Of a DNA stretch of 64,000 bases, positions 14,601 to 28,725 are shown in pieces; the first letter of the stretch is position 1, and the number at the start of each line of letters is the position of its first letter. The notes beneath the pieces are model-generated. The model did no database searches and had not been told where the DNA came from. It worked only from the letters and a program-made list of their open reading frames with translations. Source of the stretch: Anaeramoeba ignava BMAN (lineage: Eukaryota; Protista; Anaeramoebae). The translations under genes and the position numbers were made by a program. The DNA lies in the NCBI GenBank assembly GCA_028826165.1, contig JAPDFW010000131.1, forward strand, positions 62,001 to 126,000, in the 5' to 3' direction.

Positions 14601-17600
14601 TAATGGTTGGGAGAATGAGATGTCTTCATTCTTTGGGTCAATGGGAGCAATTACTAAAATTGGGCGAACAAGCCTGGCAAATTACTGATGAAAATCATAG
14701 ATTCGATATAGCATCAATGACTGCAGATTCTTTGTGGATGCTTGGAAACTGGAAATCAATGCAAAAATATGTTTATTCAATGGATGAAAAATCTTCTCAA
14801 GGCGCATTTCTTCGCGCAGTTATTTCTGTCCAAGAAAATGATTTCGATGCTGGTTTGAATTATGTCACAATCGCAAGAGAAGCAATCATCCAATCCTTAA
14901 GCACATTACTTAATGAATCTTATTCAAGAGCGTATTCAGAAATTATCCGAACTCAACAACTTGCGGAACTTGAAGAAATTGTTGAATACAAAACAACCCA
15001 CAATTCCAAGAAAAAGGAACTTATTAAGAAATCTTGGGAATCAAGATTGTGGGGATGCGAAAGGAATTTTGAAACTTGGCTCAGGATTTTGGCTGTTAGA
15101 ACAATTACATTGGGAAGAAATGAAAATATGAAATCATGGCTTAAATTTACAAGAATTTGTGATAAAACTGAGAATTTTAGACTTGCAGAAGAAACTTTGA
15201 AGAACCTATTAAAAATAGACACAGATTTGCATGATTTACCAATTGAAATTCATGAGAATAAGATTGATTTGTGGAGTGAAAGATGCAAAACTTATCCTCA
15301 ATCTATTTACAAATATTTGCAACATTTATGGCAAAATAATAAAAAACAAACCGCATTTAATGGGTTGTATATGTTTATTAAGAAAATACCCGAAATAGAC
15401 GAACTAAAGAATCTGAGAGAATTCGACTCTTCCCATTTTCTGTCTAAAATTTATGTTTCTTTTGCAGAATGGAAGTTTGCTTTACAAGAAGGAAAATTTG
15501 ATGAGAAAGCAATGATTGAAATTTTAAATTCACTTCAACAAGCAATTCATTTTGATCCAAATCGCACAAAGGTTTGGCATTTATGGGCTCAAATGAATTA
15601 CGATATGATCTCAAAACTTGAGAAAATGAAGCATCTTCTTTCGGATTCCTTGATAAATAATTATTTGGTTCCAGCAATAAATGGATTTTTCAAGGCAATT
15701 TCTTTAAGTACAATTAGTAAAAGTATTAGGGATACATTGAGACTATTAACTCTTTGGTTCAAATATGGGAAAAATCGTAAAGTTTCAATGGAATTAAAAA
15801 ATGGATTTAAATCAATTTCAATTGATGTTTGGTTGCAAGTTATTCCTCAACTTATTGCGAGAATAAGCACTCATCATTTAACAATTAAGAAATTAATCCA
15901 TCATGTTCTTATTGAAATTGGGAAAGCTCATCCGCAAGCGTTAGTGTTTTCCTTGATTGTTGCTGAGAAATTTCAACAGTATGAAATGGATTTTCATAAA
16001 CAATTTCAGGATAATTTGTTTCCTTCAAGAGATACGATAACTTCAACCACAACTTCAACTCCAAATACAAATACAAATACTAATACTAATACTAATACTA
16101 ATACTTCTTCAAATTCTCAATCATCAAATCTTACTTTTTCTGGTGATGAATCTTTTATAAAAAATTTGGATCAGAAATATACTTCAAATAAATTTTCTCG
16201 TGTTTCTCAAAATGATGAAAATTTTGAAAATGATGAAAATAATGAAAAAATTGGTTTTCAGAATTATATTAAATATAAGGAACAACTTAAAGCAAAAATG
16301 AATATGAATGAATCAACATTTAGTGAAAGTGATAGTGATTATTATGATGATGAAAATCAAAATGAAAATGAAAATTCAAAATCAAATTCAAAATAAAAAT
16401 GAAAATGAAAATGAAAATCAAAATGAAAATCAATTAAAAAATGAAAATCAAAATAAAATCAAATTCAAATTCAAAATCAAATTCAAAATAAAAATGAAAA
16501 TCAAAATGAAAATTCAAAATGAAAATAAAAAAAAAATCAAAATCAAAATGAAAATCAATCAAAATCAAATGAAAATAAAATTCAAAATAAAAATCAAATT
16601 GAAAATCAAATTGAAAATCAAAATCAAAATGAAAATATAAATAAAAATCAAAAAAATCAAAATCAAAATGAAAAAAATCAAAATAAAAATCAAATTGAAA
16701 ATAAAAATCAAAAAAATCAAAGAAAATGAAAATATAAAATGAAAATAAAAATCAAAATCAAAATCAAAATGAAATCAAAATCAAAAAATGAAAATCAAAA
16801 ATCAAAATGAAAATAAAAATAAAAATCAAAATGAAAATAAAATTCAAAATGAAAATCAAAATAAAAATCAAAATGAAAATATAAATCAAAATCAAATTGA
16901 AAATGAAATGAAAATCAAAATATAAATCAAAACGAAAATCAAAATCAAATCAAAATGAAAATGAAAATAAAAAAAAAATGAAATTGAAAATGAAAAATGA
17001 AAATCAAAAATGAAAAGAAAAAAAAATCAAAACGAAAATATAAAATAAATCAAAAATCAAAAAATCAAAATGAAAATGAAAATGAAAATAAATCAAAAAA
17101 AATGAAAATCAAAATGAAATTGAAAATCAAAATGAAAATCAAAATCAAAATGAAAATATAAATAAAATCAAAATGAAAAAAATAAAAATCAAAATGAAAA
17201 TAAAAATAAAAATCAAAATCAAAATGAAAACAAATCAAAATGAAAATGAAATCAAAAATCAAAATCAAAATCAAAATCAAAATCAAAATAAAAATCAAAT
17301 TGAAAATGAAAATCAAAATGAAAATCAAAATCAAAATGAAAATATAAATCAAATTGAAAACGAAAATCAAAACAAAATTAAATCAAAATGAAAATCAAAA
17401 TGAAAATCAAAATGAAATCAAAAATCAAATTCAAAATGATAATGAAAATAAAAATCAAATTGAAAATAAAAATCAAAATGATTATAGTCAAAGTGAAAAT
17501 GAAAATGAAAGTGAAAATGAAAATGAAAGTGAAAGTGAAAGTGAAAATGAAAGTCAAAGCGAAAGTGAAAGTGAAAGTGAAACACTTTCATCAAACGAAA

Positions 17601-19546
17601 AATTACTTTATTCAAAAAACCAGCAATATTTACCAATCAATCAAACACCAAATATTTCATCAAACATATCATCACAAAAAATATCATCAAGCGGTTCTTT
17701 TTCAGATTCAGATTCAGATTCAGATTCAAATTCAGATTCAGATTCAGATTCAGATTTTAAGGAAGAATCAAGAGAAAAAAATAGTTTCCTTGAAAGTTAC
17801 AAAAATGAAAAAAAAGTACCATTTTATCAATTAGCAAACAAAAAAGAAAATTTAAAAGGAAATTCACGAAAAACAAGACAGAAAACAAGGAAACAAAATA
17901 AAATTGAAAATAGTGAAAATCATCATCGCTCACATAAATACGTAAATGATGCAACGTTAATAATAGAAGGATTGAAGCCATTTCATCCCGAAATCATTGA
18001 AGAAGCAAAAATGATCAGCACTGAATTAATAAGAATTGCAATTTCTTGGCATGAAATGTGGTTTGATTCACTTGATGAAGCATCACAATATTATTTTTCA
18101 GAAAAAAATTTCCCTGGAATGATGGCAACACTTACTCCATTACATGAAATTATTGAAAAAGGAGGAGAAACCAAAAGCGAGATTGAATTTTTAAATGATT
18201 ACGGAGATGAACTTGTAACTGCAAGAGAAAATTGCCGACAATTTTCCAAAACAAGAAATGAAAACTTCATTTCAGAAGCTTGGGAAAACTACTTCAGATG
18301 CTTCAGAAGAATCAAGAAGGATATCTCAATGATAAAATCACTCAAACTTGAAACAGCATCTCCACATTTGTTTGATTTGCAAAACTCACACATTTCAATC
18401 CCAGGAACTTATCGACCTGGATTAAAAGAAATTTACATTGAAAAATTCGATCCCGAAATTGTCATCTTGAAAACCAAACAAAGACCAAGAAAAATTAAGA
18501 TTTACGGATCTGATAAATTGAAATATCAGTTTCTTTTGAAAGGAAAAGAAGATATTCGACAAGATGAACGAGTAATGCAACTTTTTGGATTAGTAAATAC
18601 ACTCCTTGCAAATTCATCAACAAAATCATCAACAAAAACAAAACTTCATCTGAATATTCAACGATATGCGGTTGTTCCACTTTCGCCCAATTGCGGATTA
18701 ATTGGATGGGTTCCTCATTCAGATTCTCTTCATGATTTAATCAAGGAATATCGCGAGGCAAATGGAATTGTTTTGAATCGTGAACATCTTGGTATTTCTG
18801 ATTTTGCCCCCGAATTTCACAAGTTGCAAATACCTCAGAAGGTTGAAGCCTTTGAATATGCATTATCACTTGGTGATGGGATGGAAATCAATAAAGTTTT
18901 ATGGTTGAAATCACAAAATTCAGAAATTTGGTTGGATAAAAGAACCAACTACACGACTTCTTTAGCTGTCATGTCAATGGTCGGATATATTCTTGGTCTT
19001 GGTGATCGTCATCCTTCAAACATTCTCATGAACCAATACTCAGGTCAAATTTCACATATTGATTTTGGAGATTGTTTTGAGGCTGCAATGGAAAGAAGTC
19101 AATTTCCTGAAAAAATTCCCTTTCGTTTAACAAGAATGCTTTGGAATGCAATGGAGATTTCTGGTGTTGATGGGATATTCAGATCTACTTGTGAAAAAAC
19201 TATGAATATTTTGAGATCTAATCGTGATTCTTTGATGGCAATGTTGGAAGCATTTGTTTATGATCCTTTATTTTCTTGGAAATTAAATTCTCATGAAGAA
19301 AATAATAATAATAATAAAAAATTAAAAAAATTGCAAACAAGATCAAGTACAATGCTTCCTCTTTATCTTCGTAATACTTCAAATCAAGACAGCGCTCTTG
19401 ATTTTGAAAATGAAGAAACTAATGAAAAAGCTGTTAGTATTGTTCTTAGAATTGTTAATAAATTATCTGGAAGAGATTTTGATGGTTCAATTAAATTGGA
19501 AATTGATCAACAAGTTCAGAAATTAATTGAAGAAGCAACTTGGTGA
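8686..19546 (+). CDS. TOR: Target of rapamycin kinase (HEAT-FAT-FRB-PI3K/PI4K); exons 8686-9378, 9694-9745, 9818-10077, 10388-10556, 10622-11088, 11361-11869, 12476-19546; apparent frameshifts at ~10973 and within 16380-17390
   Basis: IHGSLLVL, LGITDP, LGQLIRNTGYVIEPY, IGIIGALDP, DWEEWIRR..IELLRESPS.ALRSC, CQAYAKALRYKE, DTLRLLTLWF, WLQVIPQLIARI; FRB WHEMW...EAS; kinase TKQRPRK, FLLKGKEDIRQDERVMQLFGLVN, GYILGLGDRHPSN, HIDFGDCFE, PEKIPFRLTRM. Six GT-AG introns join the ORFs. Confidence 0.97.
11880..12465. repeat. (AAATATT)n-type heptamer array filling TOR intron 11870-12475
   Basis: Direct reading of the tandem units. Confidence 0.9.
16340..17580 (+). repeat. Degenerate hexamer array (AAAATC/AAAATG; EN/QN-coding) inside TOR, with frame breaks
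   Basis: Near-continuous GAAAAT/CAAAAT repeats. The ORF stops at 16396 and resumes at 17354. Confidence 0.85.
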
Positions 19547-19751
19547 TTTTTTTATTTTTGAATTTTGATTTATTTTTTCAAACAATTTTTTCCAATAATT
19601 CTTTTTGTTTTTCTTTTTTTCTTTCTAATAAAAACAAAAACATGAAATTTTAATAATAATATTTCATTTCATTTCATTTCATTTCATTCAACAAAAATCC
19701 AAAACAAAAACAGAAAGAGAGAATAATGTTTTCTTAAAAAAAAATTAAATT

Positions 19752-22045
<2,294 letters not shown>

Positions 22046-22171
22046 TTGTTTTAGATAAATTTTAAAATAAATTTTTTTTGAAATGTCAAAAAAAAAAGAA
22101 GAAAAAATCAACTAAGGAAATGAAAAAAATGAAAAATGAAAAAATTTGATAAAAAAATTTTTTATTGTTCT

Positions 22172-25100
22172 TTAATTTTTTTCATTATCATTATCATTAT
22201 CATTATCATTATCATTATCATTTTCATTATCATTATCATTTTCATTATCATTTTCATTTTCATTTTCATTATCATTTTCATTTTCAATTTCATTTTCATT
22301 ATCATTTTGATTATCATTATCATTATCATTATCATTTTCATTATCATTATCATTATCATTATCATTATCATTTTCATTATCATTTTGTTTTAGTTTTTTT
22401 AATAATTCTTCTTTTTGTTTTCTTAATTCTTCTAAATATTCTTCTTTTTTTTGGGAAGAATTTAAAAGTTGTTGATATGAAGTTGCTAATGCAACCATTC
22501 TTGCTGGAGATTTATTAATTAATTCAGGAGCTATATACTTTAGATAACAACTAAATTTTAAATCAATTTTATATCAATTTTATATCAATTTTATATTAAT
22601 TTTATATTAATTTTATATTAATTTTATATTAATTTTATATTAATTTTATATTAATTTTAAATTAATTTTATATTAATTTTATATCAATTTTATATCAATT
22701 TTATATTAATTTTATATTAATTTTATATTAATTTTATATCAATTTTATATCAATTTTATATTAATTTTATATCAATTTTATATTAATTTTATATCAATTT
22801 TATATTAATTTTATATTAATTTTAAAATAATTTTTATTAATTTTATATTAATTTTATATTAATTTTATACACATATCAATTTTATATTAATTTTATATTA
22901 ATTTTATATACAATTTTTATATTTTATATTAATTTTATATTAATTTTATATCAATTTTTAATTTTATATCAATTTTATATCAATTTTAATATCAATTTTA
23001 TATTAATTTCTATGAAATATTTTAAATTAATTTTATATTAATTTTATATTAATTTTTTAATTATATTAATTTTATATTTTTATCATTTATTTTTATATTA
23101 ATTTTTATATCAATTTTATATTAATTTTATATTAATTTTTTTTTTAAATTAATTTTATCATTTTTTTATTATCAATTTTATTAATTTTTAATATTAATTT
23201 TATATTCAATTTTTTATTAATTTTATATTAATTTTATATTATTTTTATTATAATTTTAAATCAATTTTTATTTTATTTTATAATTTTATATTAATTTTTT
23301 TATATATAATTTTATAAATCAATTTTATTTTTTATATTAATTTTTAAATCAATTTTATATTAATTTTTATAATAATTTTAAATCAATTTTTTATATTAAT
23401 TTTATATTAATTTTATATTAATTTTAAATTAATTTTATAACTCAATTTTAAATCAATTTTATATTAATTTTATATTAATTTTATATTATTTTATAATTTT
23501 TATTAATTTTATATTAATTTTATATTAATTTTATATCAATTTTATATCAATTTTATATTAATTTTATTTAATTTTATATTAATTTTTTTATATTAATTTT
23601 AAATCAATTTTATATTAATTTTAAATCAATTTTAAATTAAATTTTAAATTAATTTTATATTAATTTTATATTAATTTTATTAATTTTAATTTTTTAAATA
23701 ATTTTATATTAATTTTAAATCAATTTTATATTAATTTTAAATCAATTTTATATTAATTTTAAATCAATTTTATATTAATTTTATATTAATTTTATATTAA
23801 TTTTAAATCAATTTTATATCAATTTTATATTAATTTTATATTAATTTTATATTAATTTTATATTAATTTTATATCAATTTTATATTAATTTTATATTAAT
23901 TTTATATTAATTTTAAATCAATTTTAAATCAATTTTATATCAATTTTATATTAATTTTATATTAATTTTATATTAATTTTAAATCAATTTTATATTAATT
24001 TTATATCAATTTTAAATTAATTTTATATTAATTTTATATTAATTTTATATTAATTTTATATTAATTTTAAATTATATGAATTTGTTTATACCCTTCCCAA
24101 AATTTAAGATATTGCATGCTAATACTTGGTGAAATTGGTTCATTAACTGGGAAATAAGCTGGATTAACAAATTTTGATTTATTATTTAAAATATAAGTCC
24201 AAAGTGAATATGTTTCCTGAGAAAGGTTATTGTCTTTTCTTTCTTTATCATTATTATATAAAAAGGTTCCAAATCTCATTGAAAATAAATGTTCAACAAT
24301 TGCAATCAAAAAATTCTCATTAAATTCAAAAGCAGTTGGAAATTGATTCCAAACTTGAAAAACACTATCCATAAATTGAAGGAAAATTGGAGATCTTTGA
24401 TGATCAGAATAATGTGAATCTGCATGACCAGTTCTTTGTGAAAATTTATGTCCAAAAGAAAGCCATTCCTTTTCAATAATCACAATCATTCCTTCAATTG
24501 TTCTGTAATAAGAATCCAAAAGGATTTCTGATAATCCACAAACTTGGGAAGTTCTATCCCAACCATCAGAACAATGTACCAAAACAGAATAATCATTTTC
24601 AATCAAATGACATATTTTTCTTGATGAATTGATGATTTTTTGAATGTGCCAAAACCAATTTGATTCTTCTAATCCTGAAAGTAGTTTTTTGTCATCATTA
24701 AAATTTCCACTTGTGAAAAGTGTTTTTAATTTATTCAAACTATCTCTCATAACATGAATATTATCAATTCCAAGAAATTTCACAATACAATTTTCATAAT
24801 GTTCTGATGATTCAAATCCTGCTCCTTTTGCTGTGTTTGCAACAGCATTTTTTTTGGGTCGGCAATCCATAATATATAATTTTGTTCCTTTTGGATTTGA
24901 TCTAAATATTTGAGATATTATTTTCTCATCTTCAGTATTTCTTGAGCGTGTTAATCCTTGAAAACCAATTTAAATATTATTTTTTTCAATTATTTTGAAT
25001 TTAATTATTTTTTTTTCAGTTATTTTATCATGTACCAACTTTTGGTTGAGAAGATCTTGTTATTGATGAATATTTTGTTGGATGTATCCATGATAAAATT

Positions 25101-26498
25101 GGTATTCTTCCTTTCGTTCGAAATTTTGCAATTGAAATTATATCCTTCTCTGAAATTACTGCAGGAACTCCAAATATTTTTGGATATGTTGGTGAAACTT
25201 TATAATTTTTGTTTATATAAGTTAATCTCCATTGTTTATTTGATTCGGATGTGATTCCTGTTTTTTGTTTTTTTTGTTTATTTCATTATGATTTTGATTT
25301 TGATTTTCAAAAAGATTTTTTTTTGCCTTGTCTTTCATATTCTTTCTTGGGATTATAAATTGTCCATCCTATATCTTCATGTTTAAATGACTTATGATTA
25401 AAAGGAAAGGAATCTTTAATATTTGTGAAAAAAGAAAATTGAATTAACTTAATCACAAATTCTCTTCGACTGTGATTTTTTCTTGGAAAGAAAAATTTAT
25501 ATCCTTGAAAATCTTTGCATTTAATTTCGAATCCATATGAATATTTTCCTGATCAAGAAGAATTGAGAGATAATATTAATAATAAAAATAATAATTAAAA
25601 AAATTCAATTCAATTCAATTCAATTGTTTGCTTTTAATTCTTTTTAAATTAAATTATTGAATACCCTTGCTAGTTTTTTGTCCTCCAATTTTCTCAATTC
25701 TTGAAATTAAACCAAGTGGAACTTGAGGAATTTCTTGTAAATTAATTTTTGACTAAGAATAAATAAATAAAAATAATTGATAATTTGTTTTGTTTTGTTT
25801 TGTTTTGTTTTGTTTTGTTTGTTGGTAAATTTGAAAATTAAAATGATAATAATGAATTAACTAACATAAATTCCACTATCATAAGGTGAATAAATCATCC
25901 TGTAATTTGTTAAAATTAATTTTCCTTTTGCAATAAGAGGTACTGATTCATATTGTCTGAAAAAATAAGAAACATTTTCTGATTGAATAATAAATTTTTC
26001 ATTTTCAATTGATTCAATTGATTCATTTAGATAAGAATTTAAAGTTTCAATTGGATTAAATTTTTGTGAATTATTTGAAAGATAATTTCCTGTAATTTGA
26101 CTAATATTTCCCATATTATAAGTATTATGTGGTTTATTATCTGCAACTTTTGCTGATGTTTTTAGAATTGATAAAGCAAGTGTTGTTGTTGCTGTTCTTT
26201 TTCTTTCCAAATTTTTCAAAATATTTTGATTTAATTTCATTTCATTTTTTTCCTTGTTTTGAGTTTGTTTTTCATTTTGATCTTTTGAATTATTTCCACT
26301 GTTTAAATTTTGAATTTCTTTTTCAATTTCTTTTTCTTTTTCAATTTCAATTTCTTTTTCTTTTTCATTTAATAAAATTCCATTTTGAGAAGTTGAAGTT
26401 AAAGCAATAGTCATAGATTTTTCATTTCTTTCTTGTGTTTTATCTTTTGGTTTGATTCTAAATTGTTGTTTCTTAAATAAAGGTCGAAAATTTGACAT
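22172..26498 (-). CDS. Myotubularin-family PI3P/PI(3,5)P2 phosphatase (active MTM1/MTMR1/2 type); exons 26498-25866, 25752-25665, 25548-25327, 25257-25036, 24956-24092, 22550-22172
   Basis: PH-GRAM segment GKLILTNYRM..VPLGLISRIEKIGG, SPTYP, FRTKGRIP, RSSQP, DCRPKKNAVAN, catalytic VHCSDGWDRT, IEKEWLSFGHKF, RSPIFLQFMD. Splice junctions restore the frame. C-terminal coiled coil plus (ND/NE)n tail. Confidence 0.95.
22555..24068. repeat. 11-mer minisatellite (ATTTTATATTA/ATTTTATATCA) filling the myotubularin intron 22551-24091
   Basis: Direct reading of the tandem units. Confidence 0.9.
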
Positions 26499-26574
26499 TT
26501 TTGTTTGTAAATTTAATTAACTTTTTTTTTTTTTAAAAATGAAAAAAATGAAAAACAAAATAAAAAAAAACGTT

Positions 26575-28527
26575 TTATAAAAATAAACTTTTTGAATTGT
26601 TTTCTTTTTGTTCAATTTTCTTGGAATTTTTCACTTTATCCGTTTTTAATTTTCCTTCTTTTTTTAATTTGGAAATTTGATTAATTTTTTTTCCATTTTT
26701 CTTTTGAATTGGATTTAAATTCGAAATATTTTTTTGAGAAGAAAAAACCATTTTGTTAGAATAATATTTTTGATTTGATTGAATAGAACGATTTTGAATT
26801 TTATGAAGATTATCTTTTTGTTCAGATTTAGGGACTTTTATGTTTGAATAATAACCAATTTTTTCAAGAATTTTTGAATGAGAAGATAAATTTTTCAATC
26901 TTTGTTCTTTTTGCTCAAGATATTGAGAAATTGAAAGTGATTTTGAGTTTTGGTTTTCATAGATTTTATCCCAATTTGGGGTATTCTTCTTATTTTTGGA
27001 AGAAATTTTTGTTGGTCTTAAATTTGGATTTCTTTTATCAATTTGAGTTTTTTTGGAGTTTCTTTTCAATTGAAATGCTTTTTTAACTGAAAATATTGAT
27101 TCTCTTTTTCGGTTTTCAAAGATTTCTTTCCTTCTTTTAGCTTGAATATTCATTTCAATTTCTTTCATAATTTGATCTTTTAATGCATTTTGATTTTCAT
27201 TCTGTAAAATTTTTGGGGGATTTTGATTTTCTGTTTGCATTTTTGAATCCAAATTTGAAATTAAATTTTGATTTGAAATTAAATTTGATTTTTGATTAAA
27301 ATTTGTATTAAAAATTGAATTTGTGTTGAATTTAAAAATTGAATTTGTATTAAAAATTGAATTTGGATTTGAATTTAAATTTGAATTTGAATTTGGATTT
27401 GGATTTGGATTTGGATTTAAATTTGAATTTGAATTTGAATTTGAATTTGAATTTGAATTTGAATTTGAATTTGAATTTGGATTTGGATTTGGATTTGGAT
27501 TTAAATTTGGATTTAAATTTGAATTTGAATTTGAATTTGAATTTGAATTTAAATTTAAATTTGAATTTGAATTTGGATTTAAATTTGAATTTGGATTTAA
27601 ATTTGAATTTGGATTTAAATTTGAATTTGAATTTGAATTTGAATTTGGATTTGAATTTGAATTTGAATTTGAATTTGAATTTGAATTTGAATTTGAATTT
27701 GAATTTGAATTTGATTTAGGTTTTGTTTCTATTTTTAATTTTGTTTCTGATTTTAATTCTGTTTTAAATTTTGGATTGAAATTTGGATTAAAAATTGAAT
27801 TTGGATTTGGATTCGAATTTGGATTTGTATTTATTTCTTTTTTATTTGATTTTGAATCTGTTTTATGTTTTGATTTTGAATCTGTTTTAGGTTTTGATTT
27901 TGATTTTGATTTTGATTTTGATTCTGTTTTAGGTTTTGATTTTGATTTTGAATGTGTTTTATGTTTTGATTTTGATTCTGTTTTAGGTTTTGTTTCTATT
28001 TTTAATTTTGTTTCTGATTTTAATTCTGTTTTAAATTTTGGATTGAAATTTGGATTAAAAATTGAATTTGGATTTGGATTCGAATTTAGATTTGTATTTA
28101 TTTCTTTTTTATTTGATTTTGAATCTGTTTTAGGTTTTGATTTTGATTTTGATTTTGATTCTGTTTTAGGTTTTGATTTTGATTTTGATTTTGATTCTGT
28201 TTTAGGTTTTGATTTTGATTTTGAATGTGTTTTATGTTTTGATTTTGATTCTGTTTTAGGTTTTGATTTTGTTTCTAATTTAGGTTTTGATTTTGATTCT
28301 AATTTAGGTTTTGATTTTGATTCTGTTTTAGGTTTTGTTTCTATTTTTAATTTTGTTTCTGATTTTAATTCTGTTTTAAATTTTGGATTGAAATTTGGAT
28401 TAAAAATTGAATTTGGATTTTGATTTTGATTTGTATTTGAATTTATTTCTTTTTTATTTGATTTTGATTTTGATTTTGATTTTGATTTTGATTTTGAATT
28501 TGATTTTGAAAATTTTAACGATTTCAT
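26575..28527 (-). CDS. Hypothetical low-complexity basic protein with three ~45-aa internal repeats and NS/NP runs
   Basis: 650-codon ATG-initiated ORF with a non-repetitive, codon-like C-terminal third and a TTTTTCACTTTT motif upstream. No recognisable domain. Confidence 0.55.
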   Translation of the reverse strand: MKSLKFSKSNSKSKSKSKSKSKSNKKEINSNTNQNQNPNSIFNPNFNPKFKTELKSETKLKIETKPKTESKSKPKLESKSKPKLETKSKPKTESKSKHKTHSKSKSKPKTESKSKSKSKPKTESKSKSKSKPKTDSKSNKKEINTNLNSNPNPNSIFNPNFNPKFKTELKSETKLKIETKPKTESKSKHKTHSKSKSKPKTESKSKSKSKSKPKTDSKSKHKTDSKSNKKEINTNPNSNPNPNSIFNPNFNPKFKTELKSETKLKIETKPKSNSNSNSNSNSNSNSNSNSNSNPNSNSNSNSNLNPNSNLNPNSNLNPNSNSNLNLNSNSNSNSNSNLNPNLNPNPNPNPNSNSNSNSNSNSNSNSNSNLNPNPNPNPNSNSNLNSNPNSIFNTNSIFKFNTNSIFNTNFNQKSNLISNQNLISNLDSKMQTENQNPPKILQNENQNALKDQIMKEIEMNIQAKRRKEIFENRKRESIFSVKKAFQLKRNSKKTQIDKRNPNLRPTKISSKNKKNTPNWDKIYENQNSKSLSISQYLEQKEQRLKNLSSHSKILEKIGYYSNIKVPKSEQKDNLHKIQNRSIQSNQKYYSNKMVFSSQKNISNLNPIQKKNGKKINQISKLKKEGKLKTDKVKNSKKIEQKENNSKSLFL

Positions 28528-28725
28528 TTTAGAAAATAAAATAAAATAAATTTTTAAAGAAGAAAAAAAAAAGTGAAAAAATAAAGTGGAATTTGTTTTT
28601 TTGTTTTTTGTTTTTTGTTTTTTTTTAACGAATTTTTTTTTTCTTCTTTCTTTTTTATTTTTCTCCTTTTTAAAATTATTTAAAAAAATTTTTTTTTTTT
28701 TTCATTTTTTTTTTTCATTTTTTTA

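Noticed and set aside
15970-17945. Intein in TOR
   Set aside because: No N-terminal Cys/Ser block A, no His-Asn/Cys junction and no LAGLIDADG motif; the content is simple repeat.
19541-19546. Stop-codon reassignment (TGA read-through) to explain the TOR end
   Set aside because: Read-through gives no FATC-like sequence, and TAA, TAG and TGA behave as normal stops elsewhere (e.g. TGA ends WDR7 and Derlin).
27323-28423. 366-aa antisense ORF (FEFE/FDFD)
   Set aside because: Mirror of the repetitive minus-strand ORF. Hexamer repeats lack stops by construction.
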